From: Geobacter sp.
GTDB lineage: Bacteria; Desulfobacterota; Desulfuromonadia; Geobacterales; Pseudopelobacteraceae
DNA length: 64,000 nt
Reading direction: 5' to 3'
NCBI GenBank assembly: GCA_009885845.1
Contig: VFJW01000014.1
Location: forward strand, 1,175-65,174
Part shown: piece after piece, positions 26,676-38,703 of the stretch
Layout: each line of letters opens with the position of its first letter
How positions within the stretch are numbered: position 1 is the first letter of the stretch
Made by a program: the position numbers and the translations under genes
The notes under the pieces: generated by a model
Told to the model about the DNA's origin: nothing
Database searches by the model: none
What the model saw: the letters and a program-made list of their open reading frames with translations, nothing else

Positions 26676-28384
26676 TATGCTTCCGCCTTTCGGATTGCCT
26701 TTATCCGTAATTGCAGCATTTTTGAGTTTTTCCAGACGTTACATTCCGGGAAAAAAGCAATATCGAGTTCCCCGTCTGTAGGAAATTTCGCCTGCCGAAA
26801 GGCAATGGCATTAAAACTACGATCATCTGCCGAGATTCGAAGCTTGAGGTGTCCGTCTCCGACCACCCGTCGCTCCACCACTGTTACCCCGCGCATCATC
26901 AGAGTCGGTTCAGGATTCCCGGCTCCAAACGGCTCAATGCGCCGCAGCTCATCTGCCAGTTCCAGGTCAACGTCTGCAGGACGAACTTCAGCATCAATAT
27001 CCAATGTCGGCAGCAGTTCCGAATCCCCAAGAATCGCTGTAGCAGCAATTTCAAAAGCAGCAGCAAAATTTTCAATGCCATCAGCGTTCAATCCGACGCC
27101 GGCCGCATAGCGATGCCCTCCGAAACGATCGAGATGCGCGGAGCAGCTGTTCAGGGCCTCAAGAAGATGAAAACCGGGAATACTGCGCCCTGAACCTTTT
27201 GCGTTTCCCGTTTCATCAATGGCAATCAAAATGGTCGGACGATGATAATACTCAACCAATCTTGAAGATACAATACCGATTACCCCCTGATGCCAGTCTG
27301 TTGAAGCAAGAACGATACTTCTGCAGGCTGGGTATCTGCCGCTCGCTTCAACCATAGCGATAGCATTTTCCAGAATCCTCCGTTCAACACTCTGACGTTC
27401 GGTATTTGCCGAATCCAGTTCAGCGGCAATTGCGGCACACTCTTCAGCATTTTCACTCAGCAGCAGCTGAACACCCGGTACCGCACTTTCCATACGACCC
27501 GCGGCATTCAACCGTGGTGCCAGCCTGAAACCGACCTGACCACAGCTGACTGAATCCATAATGCCGGCAACTTTTTTCAGTGCTGTGATGCCGGGTCTCC
27601 GGCCATGTTCCAGTTTGTGCAAGCCAAAGTTGGCATACATGCGGTTCTGGCCAACAAGCGGCACAACATCGGCAATAGTGCCCAGCGCCACCAGATCAAG
27701 CCAATCACGAAGATCCGGCTCATCACCTGCACTGAACAGCCCTTCCTGCCGCAACCGACTCCGCAGCGCCACCAGCAGATTAAAGGCGACGCCAACTCCC
27801 GCAAGCATGTTAAACGGATAGTTACAACCCGGTTGAAGCGGGTTAACCACAGCAGTCGCTTCCGGAATGCTCTCTCCGGGCGTATGATGATCCAGAATTA
27901 TGAGGTCAACACCGGACCTCTGACAGAAGACCGCTTCCCGCAGCGCGGTAATTCCGCAATCAACAGACATTATCAACGAGGCGCCTGAATCTATAATCTG
28001 CTGCAGAGCCTCTTCGTTCAGCCCGTAGCCGTCGTCAAAACGGTTCGGAATGAAATAGCTGCAGACCAGTCCCGCCCTGCGCAAAAAAGAGACCAGTAGT
28101 GCGGTACCACTAATGCCATCAACATCATAGTCGCCATATACACACACATTTTCTGTGCGTTCCCTGGCCAGCAGCAGCCGGTCAACCGCCGTCTGCATCC
28201 CTTTCAACAGAAACGGATCGAGCATTGCTGACAAAGAAGGGGTGAGAAACTCCGTTCCGGCCTTTTCAGTGGATATTCCCCGGCAAACAAGAATTTGTGC
28301 AGTTACAGCGCGTACTCCGAGTGCCCGGGATAAGTTCGCGGATTGAGTATCAAAGGTGGATTTGACTATCCAATTTTTCTGCAT
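26675..28384 (-). CDS. recJ: Single-stranded-DNA-specific exonuclease RecJ
   Basis: DHH motifs (YGDYDVDGISG, DCG, ILDHH) and a DHHA1 domain. 569 aa. Confidence 0.95.
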   Translation of the reverse strand: MQKNWIVKSTFDTQSANLSRALGVRAVTAQILVCRGISTEKAGTEFLTPSLSAMLDPFLLKGMQTAVDRLLLARERTENVCVYGDYDVDGISGTALLVSFLRRAGLVCSYFIPNRFDDGYGLNEEALQQIIDSGASLIMSVDCGITALREAVFCQRSGVDLIILDHHTPGESIPEATAVVNPLQPGCNYPFNMLAGVGVAFNLLVALRSRLRQEGLFSAGDEPDLRDWLDLVALGTIADVVPLVGQNRMYANFGLHKLEHGRRPGITALKKVAGIMDSVSCGQVGFRLAPRLNAAGRMESAVPGVQLLLSENAEECAAIAAELDSANTERQSVERRILENAIAMVEASGRYPACRSIVLASTDWHQGVIGIVSSRLVEYYHRPTILIAIDETGNAKGSGRSIPGFHLLEALNSCSAHLDRFGGHRYAAGVGLNADGIENFAAAFEIAATAILGDSELLPTLDIDAEVRPADVDLELADELRRIEPFGAGNPEPTLMMRGVTVVERRVVGDGHLKLRISADDRSFNAIAFRQAKFPTDGELDIAFFPECNVWKNSKMLQLRIKAIRKAEA

Positions 28385-28400
28385 TTCATTCTGTCCTGAT

Positions 28401-28430
28401 AAAAAAAATCCCCCGACAAGCGGGGGATTT
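28401..28430 (-). terminator. Rho-independent terminator after the TPR gene
   Basis: Minus strand reads AATCCCCCG-cttgt-CGGGGGATT followed by a T8 run. Confidence 0.75.
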
Positions 28431-28436
28431 TTCCGG

Positions 28437-29018
28437 TTATTTCATTGGCGGCGCCATGGCCTTACCCGGCTGTTCCAACATGTTTTTGATCTGAATAGCT
28501 GTCGGGCTGTTTGAGTCAAGTGTCAGATATTTGTTCCAAAACGGAGCAGCCTTTTCCGGTTGTTTTAAATCGACAGCATACACAATTCCGGCGTTGAAAA
28601 GACTTTGCAGATGATTGGAATCAATCTTATTGGCTTTTTCAAAATTGGCCAGTGCTTTATCAAACCATCCTATTTTTCGGTACATAACCCCCTGATCGGT
28701 AAGTACATTCGGGTTATTCGGTTCAATCTCAAGCGCTTTCCCATACGCGTTGATCGATTTCTGGGATTGCTCCGTATCAAAATAATCATTGCCCAGAGAT
28801 ATCCAGGCGTTAAGATTTTTTGGATCCTGTGCCACAACCTTCTCGGCCTGTGCTATACGCTGAGTATAGTCCGTGGGTGAACCTGCGCCGGGCTGGATGG
28901 CCGTATTCTGTTGTTGAGCTTTACCGGCATTGCTGATGCTGAAAATTAAATACCCTCCCAGCAATCCGACAATCAGGGCAACAACTGCCAGGAGGTACGA
29001 TTCTTTGTTTTTGTTCAC
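28437..29018 (-). CDS. Membrane-anchored tetratricopeptide-repeat protein
   Basis: GTG at 29018 is preceded by AGGAGAGG. TM anchor LLAVVALIVGLLGGYLIF and TPR repeats. The track ORF to 29090 would overlap secF by 41 nt. Confidence 0.8.
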   Translation of the reverse strand: MNKNKESYLLAVVALIVGLLGGYLIFSISNAGKAQQQNTAIQPGAGSPTDYTQRIAQAEKVVAQDPKNLNAWISLGNDYFDTEQSQKSINAYGKALEIEPNNPNVLTDQGVMYRKIGWFDKALANFEKANKIDSNHLQSLFNAGIVYAVDLKQPEKAAPFWNKYLTLDSNSPTAIQIKNMLEQPGKAMAPPMK

Positions 29019-29049
29019 GGGACACCTCTCCTGAAAAATAAAAAGCAGA

Positions 29050-29961
29050 TTAAACGGATACAGCTTTTTTTGCAAGGGCACGATTTTCAAGTATTACCAC
29101 GATAGGACTGGCAACAAATACCGATGAATAGGTGCCTACGAACAGGCCAACCAAAAGGGCAAGTGAAAAATCATGAATTACCTCTCCGCCAAAAAGAAAG
29201 AGAGAAATGGCGGCGAGAAAAACTGTTGACGAGGTAACGATCGTTCGGGAAAGCACTTCATTGATGCTGTCGTTAAAAATAGTGTCCATCGAACCTTTCA
29301 GGTTTTTATGAAGGTTTTCACGAATCCGGTCAAAAACGACAACTGTATCCGTCAGTGAATATCCGGCAATTGTCAGCACAGCAGTGATGAAGAGCAGATT
29401 AATCTCCTTGTTCATCAGATAAAACACCGCAAACATGGCAAGGCAGTCATGCATGGTGGCAAGAGTTGCGCCCACTCCGAATTTGAAGTCAAAACGCCAA
29501 GCGATATACATGATTATCCCCAGCATCGAAAGCACCGCAGCGATCAGAGTGTCTTTGCGCAGTTTGTCACCAATGGAGGGTCCGATTTCCGTTGAACTTT
29601 CCACCGTAAAAGCATTGTCGGCAAATTCTTTTTTAAAGGCGGTCTGCACCATTTCTGAAGGTTTTCCGACCGCAGCGCCGGCCATCTTGACCAGCAGTTT
29701 ATTGCCGTCCTTTATCTCCTGCAAATCGGCTTTGACGACACCATTCTTATGCAGTGCCGTCCTGGCATCGGCTATCGAAATCGGCTTACTGAACTTCAAC
29801 TGCATGGAGGTGCCGCCGGAAAAATCGATGCCCATATTGGCTGCGCCCCGGCCGACCTGAATGACTCCGATGATACCGACAATCGAAATTATCGCTGAAA
29901 TGATGAAGGAAATATTACGTTTGCCAATAAAATCTATATTAGTTTTCCCAAGAAGTTCCAT
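29050..29961 (-). CDS. secF: Protein translocase subunit SecF
   Basis: 303 aa with six TM segments and conserved SecF segments (GIDFSGGT, SLTDTVVVFDRIREN). Confidence 0.95.
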   Translation of the reverse strand: MELLGKTNIDFIGKRNISFIISAIISIVGIIGVIQVGRGAANMGIDFSGGTSMQLKFSKPISIADARTALHKNGVVKADLQEIKDGNKLLVKMAGAAVGKPSEMVQTAFKKEFADNAFTVESSTEIGPSIGDKLRKDTLIAAVLSMLGIIMYIAWRFDFKFGVGATLATMHDCLAMFAVFYLMNKEINLLFITAVLTIAGYSLTDTVVVFDRIRENLHKNLKGSMDTIFNDSINEVLSRTIVTSSTVFLAAISLFLFGGEVIHDFSLALLVGLFVGTYSSVFVASPIVVILENRALAKKAVSV

Positions 29962-29976
29962 GAACGGTTTTACCCC

Positions 29977-31569
29977 CTATATACTCATTTTTTTAACTTT
30001 GCCCTTGTGCAGAAACAGGTCAAAGGTCACCTTGGTCCCGATCAAAGAGGTAAACAGATTAATGATAACCCCGAGACTTAAGGAAACTGCAAATCCTTTT
30101 ACCGGACCGGTGCCGAACTGAAACAGAACTGCCGCAGTAATCAAGGTGGTTATATGGGAGTCCATGATCGTCAGGAATGCCTTGTCATATCCGGCATCAA
30201 GAGCCGATTTAGGCGATTTGCCCAACTTGAGTTCTTCACGGATACGTTCAAAAATAATGACGTTCGAGTCAACGGACATACCGACCAGCAATACGATAGC
30301 GGCAATACCGGGCAGTGTGAGAGTGGCACCCAGCGCGGCCAGTGCTCCCATCAGGTACAGGATATTCAATACCATGCCCAGGTTGGCAATCATTCCCGAC
30401 AGTTTGTAATATACAGCCATGAAGGTGACAACAAGCAGCACGCCGATCAGACCGGCATACAGCCCTTTATTGATGGAATCCTGTCCGAGCGAAGGGCCGA
30501 CGGTAACATTCTGGATGATTTTGACCGGTGCCGGCAATGCTCCGGCGCGAAGCACAATAGCAAGGTCGGCAGCAGTTTTTTCGGTAAAACTGCCCGATAT
30601 CTGGGCACTGCCGCCGGAGATCCGCTCACGTATTACCGGAGCGGAGTGAATATTGTTATCAAGCACAATAGCAAAGCGTTTGCCGACATTCGCCGCAGTG
30701 ACCTGATCAAACAATTTGGCACCCAGAGAATTGAATTCAATGCCGACATACGGCTGGTTGAACTGTGAATCAATTCTGACCTGTGCATCAGTAAGCAGAT
30801 CGCCGGTAATCATCGGTTTTTTCTGAACTACGATCGGGATTTCCGTGACGGCACCGGTTTTTGAATCAACCGATTTTTCCTTAAGCAGTTCGGCATCATC
30901 AGGAATTGTTCCGGAAGTTGGTGAAATATCCTCTCGCACCATTTTAAAGTCCAGTCGGGCGGTGCGCCCGATAAGATCAATCGCCCGCTGCGGATCCTTG
31001 ATACCAGGCAGCTGAACAACTATGTGATTGATCCCTTCTCGCTGGATTGTCGGTTCCGAAACTCCAAACTGGTCAATCCTGTTACGGATTGTCTCAAGAG
31101 CCTGCTGAACGGCCTTGTCCTTGCGATCCTGGGCATCCTTCTCGCTCACCCGCAAAGTCAGGGCAACAAAGCCGCCTTCATCAAATACCGGGCTCTGTTC
31201 ATAGGATGGATATTTATCCTTGATCAGCTTTTGAACGGTATCGGCTGTTCCTTTTTCGTAAAGAACCAGGGACACCTTATCGAAACCGTTGCGGGAAATC
31301 CGTTTAAATCGAAGATTTTTACTATTCAGCGTATCTTCAAGATCAGTGGCAACGAGGTCCAAAGACCCTTCTACCGCTTTCTGAGTATCAACCTCCATCA
31401 CCAGATGAGTCCCGCCCTGCAGGTCAAGTCCAAGATGAATTTTGTCCTTCGGGAGGAGGTTTCCCCACCATGAAGGCAGTTTGCTCGCCAGAGTCGGAGT
31501 CAGATACAGAAATGACAGTACTACAAAAACAGCTATCAGGCTTATTCGCCAGCCAGTTTCCTTTGGCAT
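29977..31569 (-). CDS. secD: Protein translocase subunit SecD
   Basis: 530 aa. LGLDLQGGTHLV, a large periplasmic domain and the C-terminal SecD/F TM core. Confidence 0.95.
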   Translation of the reverse strand: MPKETGWRISLIAVFVVLSFLYLTPTLASKLPSWWGNLLPKDKIHLGLDLQGGTHLVMEVDTQKAVEGSLDLVATDLEDTLNSKNLRFKRISRNGFDKVSLVLYEKGTADTVQKLIKDKYPSYEQSPVFDEGGFVALTLRVSEKDAQDRKDKAVQQALETIRNRIDQFGVSEPTIQREGINHIVVQLPGIKDPQRAIDLIGRTARLDFKMVREDISPTSGTIPDDAELLKEKSVDSKTGAVTEIPIVVQKKPMITGDLLTDAQVRIDSQFNQPYVGIEFNSLGAKLFDQVTAANVGKRFAIVLDNNIHSAPVIRERISGGSAQISGSFTEKTAADLAIVLRAGALPAPVKIIQNVTVGPSLGQDSINKGLYAGLIGVLLVVTFMAVYYKLSGMIANLGMVLNILYLMGALAALGATLTLPGIAAIVLLVGMSVDSNVIIFERIREELKLGKSPKSALDAGYDKAFLTIMDSHITTLITAAVLFQFGTGPVKGFAVSLSLGVIINLFTSLIGTKVTFDLFLHKGKVKKMSI

Positions 31570-31599
31570 AAGGCTTGCTCTCCCATTTCAGATTTTGAA

Positions 31600-31929
31600 C
31601 TAGTCCTTCTTGATTGTAGCGATATAACTCTTGATAATTTTAATCTGCACGTTGTTTGCAACCTCAAGTGTAACCAGATCATTTTCTACAGTGATGATTT
31701 TACCGTGAACTCCACCAGCTGTTACGACATTGTCACCCTTTTTCATTGATTCAAGCAATGCTTTATGCTCTTTAGCCTTTTTCTGCTGCGGACGAATAAG
31801 TAAAAAATAAAAAATTGCAAACATGAACACCAGCGGCAGTATTTGCTGAAACGCCGCCATACCACCGCCTGCACTACCTGCTGCAGCTCCTCCCGGAGCA
31901 CTTCCCATAGCAAAAGCCAATCCAAACAT
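31600..31929 (-). CDS. yajC: Preprotein translocase subunit YajC
   Basis: ATG at 31929 is preceded by GGGAGG. Contains FAIFYFLLIRPQQKKAKEHKALL...GDNVVTAGGVHGKI. Confidence 0.9.
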   Translation of the reverse strand: MFGLAFAMGSAPGGAAAGSAGGGMAAFQQILPLVFMFAIFYFLLIRPQQKKAKEHKALLESMKKGDNVVTAGGVHGKIITVENDLVTLEVANNVQIKIIKSYIATIKKD

Positions 31930-31951
31930 GTTGTTATCCTCCCTTTTCAGA

Positions 31952-34122
<2,171 letters not shown>

Positions 34123-35304
34123 TCAACGAATATCAGAGAGCTTTTTCAATTCAGTACCGGGGTAGTAATATGCCAGGATTTCTCCGGCACCAAAACCGTC
34201 AAGCGCGCGATGTTTCGCTCCCCATTGACAGAGACCAACCCCATGCCCGTTGCCGCTTCCGGAAAAACTGATTTCATTTTTTACGTTTTTGAGAGTAAAG
34301 CGGGTGCTCTTAATAGCACCATATCCGACAGCCTTGCGAAACTGATCACCACTGAGTGCACTGTCCCCTTTTGAAGCAAGCAGCATTACCTGCTTGAGGC
34401 GACCTCGTGTATTGACCGGTCCGGGTTTTATATCATACAAACCTGACACTTTAATGCCGGCGGTTCTCAGTCGCGCTTCCAAATCTTTGAGAGATATCTT
34501 GTATTCCCAGATAGTTGCCGTCGGAGAAGAAAGGCAATATTGACAGTTTACGCCTTTCAGATAAGGTATCGCTGTCCCCCAGACATGTTCGGAAGCCTCA
34601 GTCTGCCCTCCGCAGTTGGAGTGATAAAAAGCCTGAATGATACTGCCGCCGTACGTCAATACTTCACCTTCCGTCTCAAGCACAGCCCGACGGGCACGAC
34701 TGTCTTCAATAAGACATCCTTCATACACCTGATCGATAACTGATGACTCAAGGTGGTAATGGTTGTTAATACGGGCCTTTTTTTTATTCAGGGCATACGT
34801 TCTGGCAATAATCGCCTGGGCTTTGACGGCGTCAATCGGCCAGGCAGATGATATTTCGCAATTAATCAACCCAACCAGATACTCTTCCAGGGGCAACTGA
34901 TTTACCACCAGAATCCCTTTGTCTGCCACAGAGAGTTCTGCAAGCCCCCGATACGGTTTATTATTCACATATACTGCAGAGGAAGCGGCAAACGACAGGC
35001 GACGAAACAGCCTTCCATCAACCAGCAAACCATCCTTCACCGGTTTTACCGTGACAGGAAATGACATGACAAGCGCATCGCCTGACTCATTTGTCACAAG
35101 TAGACCGTCACCAGCCACCGTCACTTCGGAAGCTGATTTTACAATAGCAACCCTGATAGTTTCATCAAGAGTTGCGGCATGTATTCTGTTCATTCCCGGC
35201 CACGACAAAACAATCGCCAACAGAGCAAGAAGAACAAATATGCACATACGATTAAATGGCTGCAAAACCTGAAGATAGAAACACATATTGCCGTATTGTG
35301 TCAA
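34123..35304 (-). CDS. SpoIID/LytB domain-containing protein
   Basis: Contains AQAIIARTYAL and FYHSNCGGQTE. The start is uncertain: TTG at 35304, ATG at 35286 or ATG at 35247. The last gives the best signal peptide. Confidence 0.85.
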   Translation of the reverse strand: MTQYGNMCFYLQVLQPFNRMCIFVLLALLAIVLSWPGMNRIHAATLDETIRVAIVKSASEVTVAGDGLLVTNESGDALVMSFPVTVKPVKDGLLVDGRLFRRLSFAASSAVYVNNKPYRGLAELSVADKGILVVNQLPLEEYLVGLINCEISSAWPIDAVKAQAIIARTYALNKKKARINNHYHLESSVIDQVYEGCLIEDSRARRAVLETEGEVLTYGGSIIQAFYHSNCGGQTEASEHVWGTAIPYLKGVNCQYCLSSPTATIWEYKISLKDLEARLRTAGIKVSGLYDIKPGPVNTRGRLKQVMLLASKGDSALSGDQFRKAVGYGAIKSTRFTLKNVKNEISFSGSGNGHGVGLCQWGAKHRALDGFGAGEILAYYYPGTELKKLSDIR

Positions 35305-35619
35305 TTTTTTTGATTTGTTGTCATCTGTTTTTCCGGACTGATGTATACGACTTCCCTACTTGGCACACATACTGTATGTTCTCTTCTGTTCAGCTCTTAA
35401 CTCATAAGCATTACTAATGTAATACAAGAATTTCGAGTGGTTTCATGCAACAGTTCAGAGTGGTGACTGCGCTTAACTGCTTGAAGCTGCGATGGTTATC
35501 TAATTCAGGTACACCGGACTGACGATTCAGAGATAAGTATCCTGTAATACATCGTTTTTTCGCCAAATCGCTACCAAAGCACGGCAAAAGGCTCAACAAT
35601 AGATTCAGGAAGATTCAAC

Positions 35620-37710
35620 ATGACCATAAAATCTCTCAAAATTAAAATAGTTGGCATGGTGTCGATTATCGTCATCGCGGTCATTTCTTATGCGTCGTGG
35701 CAGCATTTCCTTAACCAGAAGTCCGTGATTGAAGGTATTGTTGAAAAGAGCGCCGTAGTATTGGCTGATAGCGTTGTTTCCAATATCCAGACTTCCATGA
35801 AAGCCGGCCACACTACGGATTTAAACAAGATTCTTCACGACGCAAAAGTTCACGACGATATCAAAGAGTTGCGGATCATCAACATGGAAGGGATAATCCT
35901 TCATTCAGCTGACAATAACGATATCGGCAAAGAACTTACTCCCGAAGAACTCGAAAAAATCCTGAATACCAAGCAGAATCATTTTTATTTTACCAACAAC
36001 AAAAACAACCACGACTCGTACACTCGCATCCTCAACTCTCCTGACTGTTATGGCTGCCATGATTCCCGTAGAGCGGTCATTGCCATTATTGAAGCCGAAA
36101 TATCGCTCGACGAATTGGCACGCTATTTACAGCACGAGAAGAAAAACTCCATGGCCTCTGCCGCCATCATGATCACGCTGATTATCGGAGCTATCTTCGC
36201 TTTTTTGACACTTTACGTCGACCGGCCAATCCGCATGCTGATTGCCGACATGCGACAGATAGAGCTCGGTAATTTCGAAGTCAAAAGCTCTATTCAAAGC
36301 TCAAATGAAATGAACACCCTCTCCCTGCACTTCAACTCGATGACCGTCAAGTTAAAAGACATGATGCACACCACCGTCATCAATGAACGCGAACTGGCCC
36401 GGGCAGAAGAAAAACTTGTTCATCATCATGACACGCAGGTGATGAACCATAAACTCGAAGAACATCTCAGAGAAATTGAAAATTTGAATGTTTCACTGGA
36501 AGAACGAATTGAGGAGGTTGAGAAAGCAAGTTACACCATCGCTGATCTGGCTGCTGAACTTGAACAGAAAAACTCGAATCTCGAACATGCAATCGATCGC
36601 CTTTCGACTATATACAAAATCGGTCTGGCAATCAATTCAACCATGGATATTGACCGGCTTTTCAATTTGATTGTGCGCAGTACGACAAGTTCGCTGAACG
36701 CTCAAATCGGCTATATCATTCTGTATAATAAAGAGCTGCAGACGCTTAATGTTACCAATCTGATCAGTAACGGCAAACTGAGCTCACCACACCAGGCAAT
36801 AAAAATTAAAGAGACAAGTACTTCCGCCTGGGTTATCAAAAACCGACAACCGCTTCTGATCGCAGATATCAATGAGGCACCTCAGTTCGCTCGCTTCAGT
36901 GAATTGGGCTATGAGCGCAAAACATTGATATGTGCACCGCTTATGGTAAAGGATGAAATCATCGGCACGATTAGTGTTGTTAACAAGTCCGATAATTCTC
37001 AGTTTTATGCATTTGAACTGGAAATGCTCACTACCATAGCCGCACAGGCCGCAATTGCAATTAAAAACGCAACATTGTATGACGAGCAGCAGCAGACCTA
37101 CCTGAACACGATTCAAGCGCTTGTAACAGCCATCGAAGCAAGTGACAGCTACACCAAAGGTCACTCTGAACGGGTCACTCGTTACAGCGTGGAAATAGCT
37201 AGCCGACTTGATATTTCCAGTGATCGGCTGCAGATTTTGGAACGGGCGGCAATTTTACATGACATCGGGAAAATCGGAATCGATCTGAGCCTGCTTCATA
37301 AAGAGGGCAAGCTGTCTTCAAGTGATGTAAATGAACTTCATTTACACCCGACCATCGGCATGAATATTCTCGAACCAATAGATTTTTTAAAAGACGTGCG
37401 GACCTGCATCGGCCAACACCACGAACGGTATGACGGCATGGGATATCCTAATCGCATCAAGCACCATGACCAGCTTCTCGAATCACGTATCATCGGTGTG
37501 GCGGATGCGTTTGATGCCATGACCTCTGATCGCCCCTATCGCAAAGCACTTTCATTGGACGCTGCCATCGCCGAATTGTCTGAAAACTCAGGTACGCAGT
37601 TCGATCCCGCCATTGTTGAACTATTTATTTCAATACTTGAAGAAGGCACCTTTTTTGCCTCCCGTTTTGAAAAACATCCGGTTGCCGTTCAATCAGCTTC
37701 CTGTGCCTGA
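35620..37710 (+). CDS. HD-GYP domain c-di-GMP phosphodiesterase with periplasmic CXXCH sensor region, HAMP and GAF domains
   Basis: TM1, a ~150-aa periplasmic loop containing CYGCH, TM2, HAMP, coiled coil, GAF, then HD-GYP (HDIGK, HHERYDGMGYP). Confidence 0.9.
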   Translation: MTIKSLKIKIVGMVSIIVIAVISYASWQHFLNQKSVIEGIVEKSAVVLADSVVSNIQTSMKAGHTTDLNKILHDAKVHDDIKELRIINMEGIILHSADNNDIGKELTPEELEKILNTKQNHFYFTNNKNNHDSYTRILNSPDCYGCHDSRRAVIAIIEAEISLDELARYLQHEKKNSMASAAIMITLIIGAIFAFLTLYVDRPIRMLIADMRQIELGNFEVKSSIQSSNEMNTLSLHFNSMTVKLKDMMHTTVINERELARAEEKLVHHHDTQVMNHKLEEHLREIENLNVSLEERIEEVEKASYTIADLAAELEQKNSNLEHAIDRLSTIYKIGLAINSTMDIDRLFNLIVRSTTSSLNAQIGYIILYNKELQTLNVTNLISNGKLSSPHQAIKIKETSTSAWVIKNRQPLLIADINEAPQFARFSELGYERKTLICAPLMVKDEIIGTISVVNKSDNSQFYAFELEMLTTIAAQAAIAIKNATLYDEQQQTYLNTIQALVTAIEASDSYTKGHSERVTRYSVEIASRLDISSDRLQILERAAILHDIGKIGIDLSLLHKEGKLSSSDVNELHLHPTIGMNILEPIDFLKDVRTCIGQHHERYDGMGYPNRIKHHDQLLESRIIGVADAFDAMTSDRPYRKALSLDAAIAELSENSGTQFDPAIVELFISILEEGTFFASRFEKHPVAVQSASCA

Positions 37711-37740
37711 AACACTCCTTTTTAACTCTTTGAAATTCCT

Positions 37741-38703
37741 GTGACTGAACTGCTTTCAGTTAAAAATCTTCAAGTCTCCTTTCCGACAGACGAAGGCACT
37801 TTTAATGCTGTTCGCGGGATATCTATGCAACTGCACACAGGTTCGATGTTAGCAGTTGTAGGGGAATCCGGGTCAGGCAAGACCATGACGGCCCTCTCGA
37901 TTATGCGGCTTGTACCGCAACCTGGATTTATCAGCTCCGGAGACATTTTTTTTGAGGGCCTGAATCTGCGGACTCTTCCGGAGGAGGCTCTGCGAAACAT
38001 CCGGGGAAGAAGAATTTCGATGGTCTTTCAGGAGCCGATGACCTCACTTAATCCAGTGCTGCGTATTGCCGACCAACTCTGCGAGCCGCTGCTTCTGCAT
38101 ATGGGTCTTTCCCGACGTGATGCTCGAGAGCGCGGCATCGAGCTGTTGTCTCATGTCGGCATTCCTTCAGCCGGCGACCGGATGCACGATTATCCGCACC
38201 AGCTGAGCGGAGGAATGCGCCAGAGAGTGATGATTGCCATGGCTCTTGCGTGTCATCCCTCTTTGCTGATTGCTGATGAACCTACGACAGCACTGGATGT
38301 TACCATTCAGGCGCAGATACTTGAACTTCTTGATGCCCAGAGAGTTACAAGCGGTCTGTCGATCCTGCTTATAACCCATGACCTGGGAATAGTAGCTGAA
38401 CGGGCTGACCATACTGTTGTCATGTATGCCGGTCAGGTTGTTGAATCTGCTCCAACCGGCACTCTGCTGACTGGACCAAAACACCCCTATACGCAGGCGC
38501 TCCTGGCTTCTCTGCCTCAATATGCGGCACCGGGCAGACCATTACCAACTGTGGCCGGCCAGCTGAACATCCGAACGGCGTCCGTAGACGGCTGCAGTTT
38601 TGCCGAGCGCTGTCCTCTTGCGGAAAGGACTTGCCATGCGGTACCTCAGCAACTTCTTGAAATTGCTCCGTCACATACTCTCCGATGCTGGAAATGTTCA
38701 TGA
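37741..38703 (+). CDS. ABC transporter ATP-binding protein, oligopeptide/dipeptide OppD/DppD type
   Basis: Walker A GESGSGKT, LSGGMRQR and the C-terminal oligopeptide-ABC extension. GTG start. Confidence 0.9.
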   Translation: MTELLSVKNLQVSFPTDEGTFNAVRGISMQLHTGSMLAVVGESGSGKTMTALSIMRLVPQPGFISSGDIFFEGLNLRTLPEEALRNIRGRRISMVFQEPMTSLNPVLRIADQLCEPLLLHMGLSRRDARERGIELLSHVGIPSAGDRMHDYPHQLSGGMRQRVMIAMALACHPSLLIADEPTTALDVTIQAQILELLDAQRVTSGLSILLITHDLGIVAERADHTVVMYAGQVVESAPTGTLLTGPKHPYTQALLASLPQYAAPGRPLPTVAGQLNIRTASVDGCSFAERCPLAERTCHAVPQQLLEIAPSHTLRCWKCS

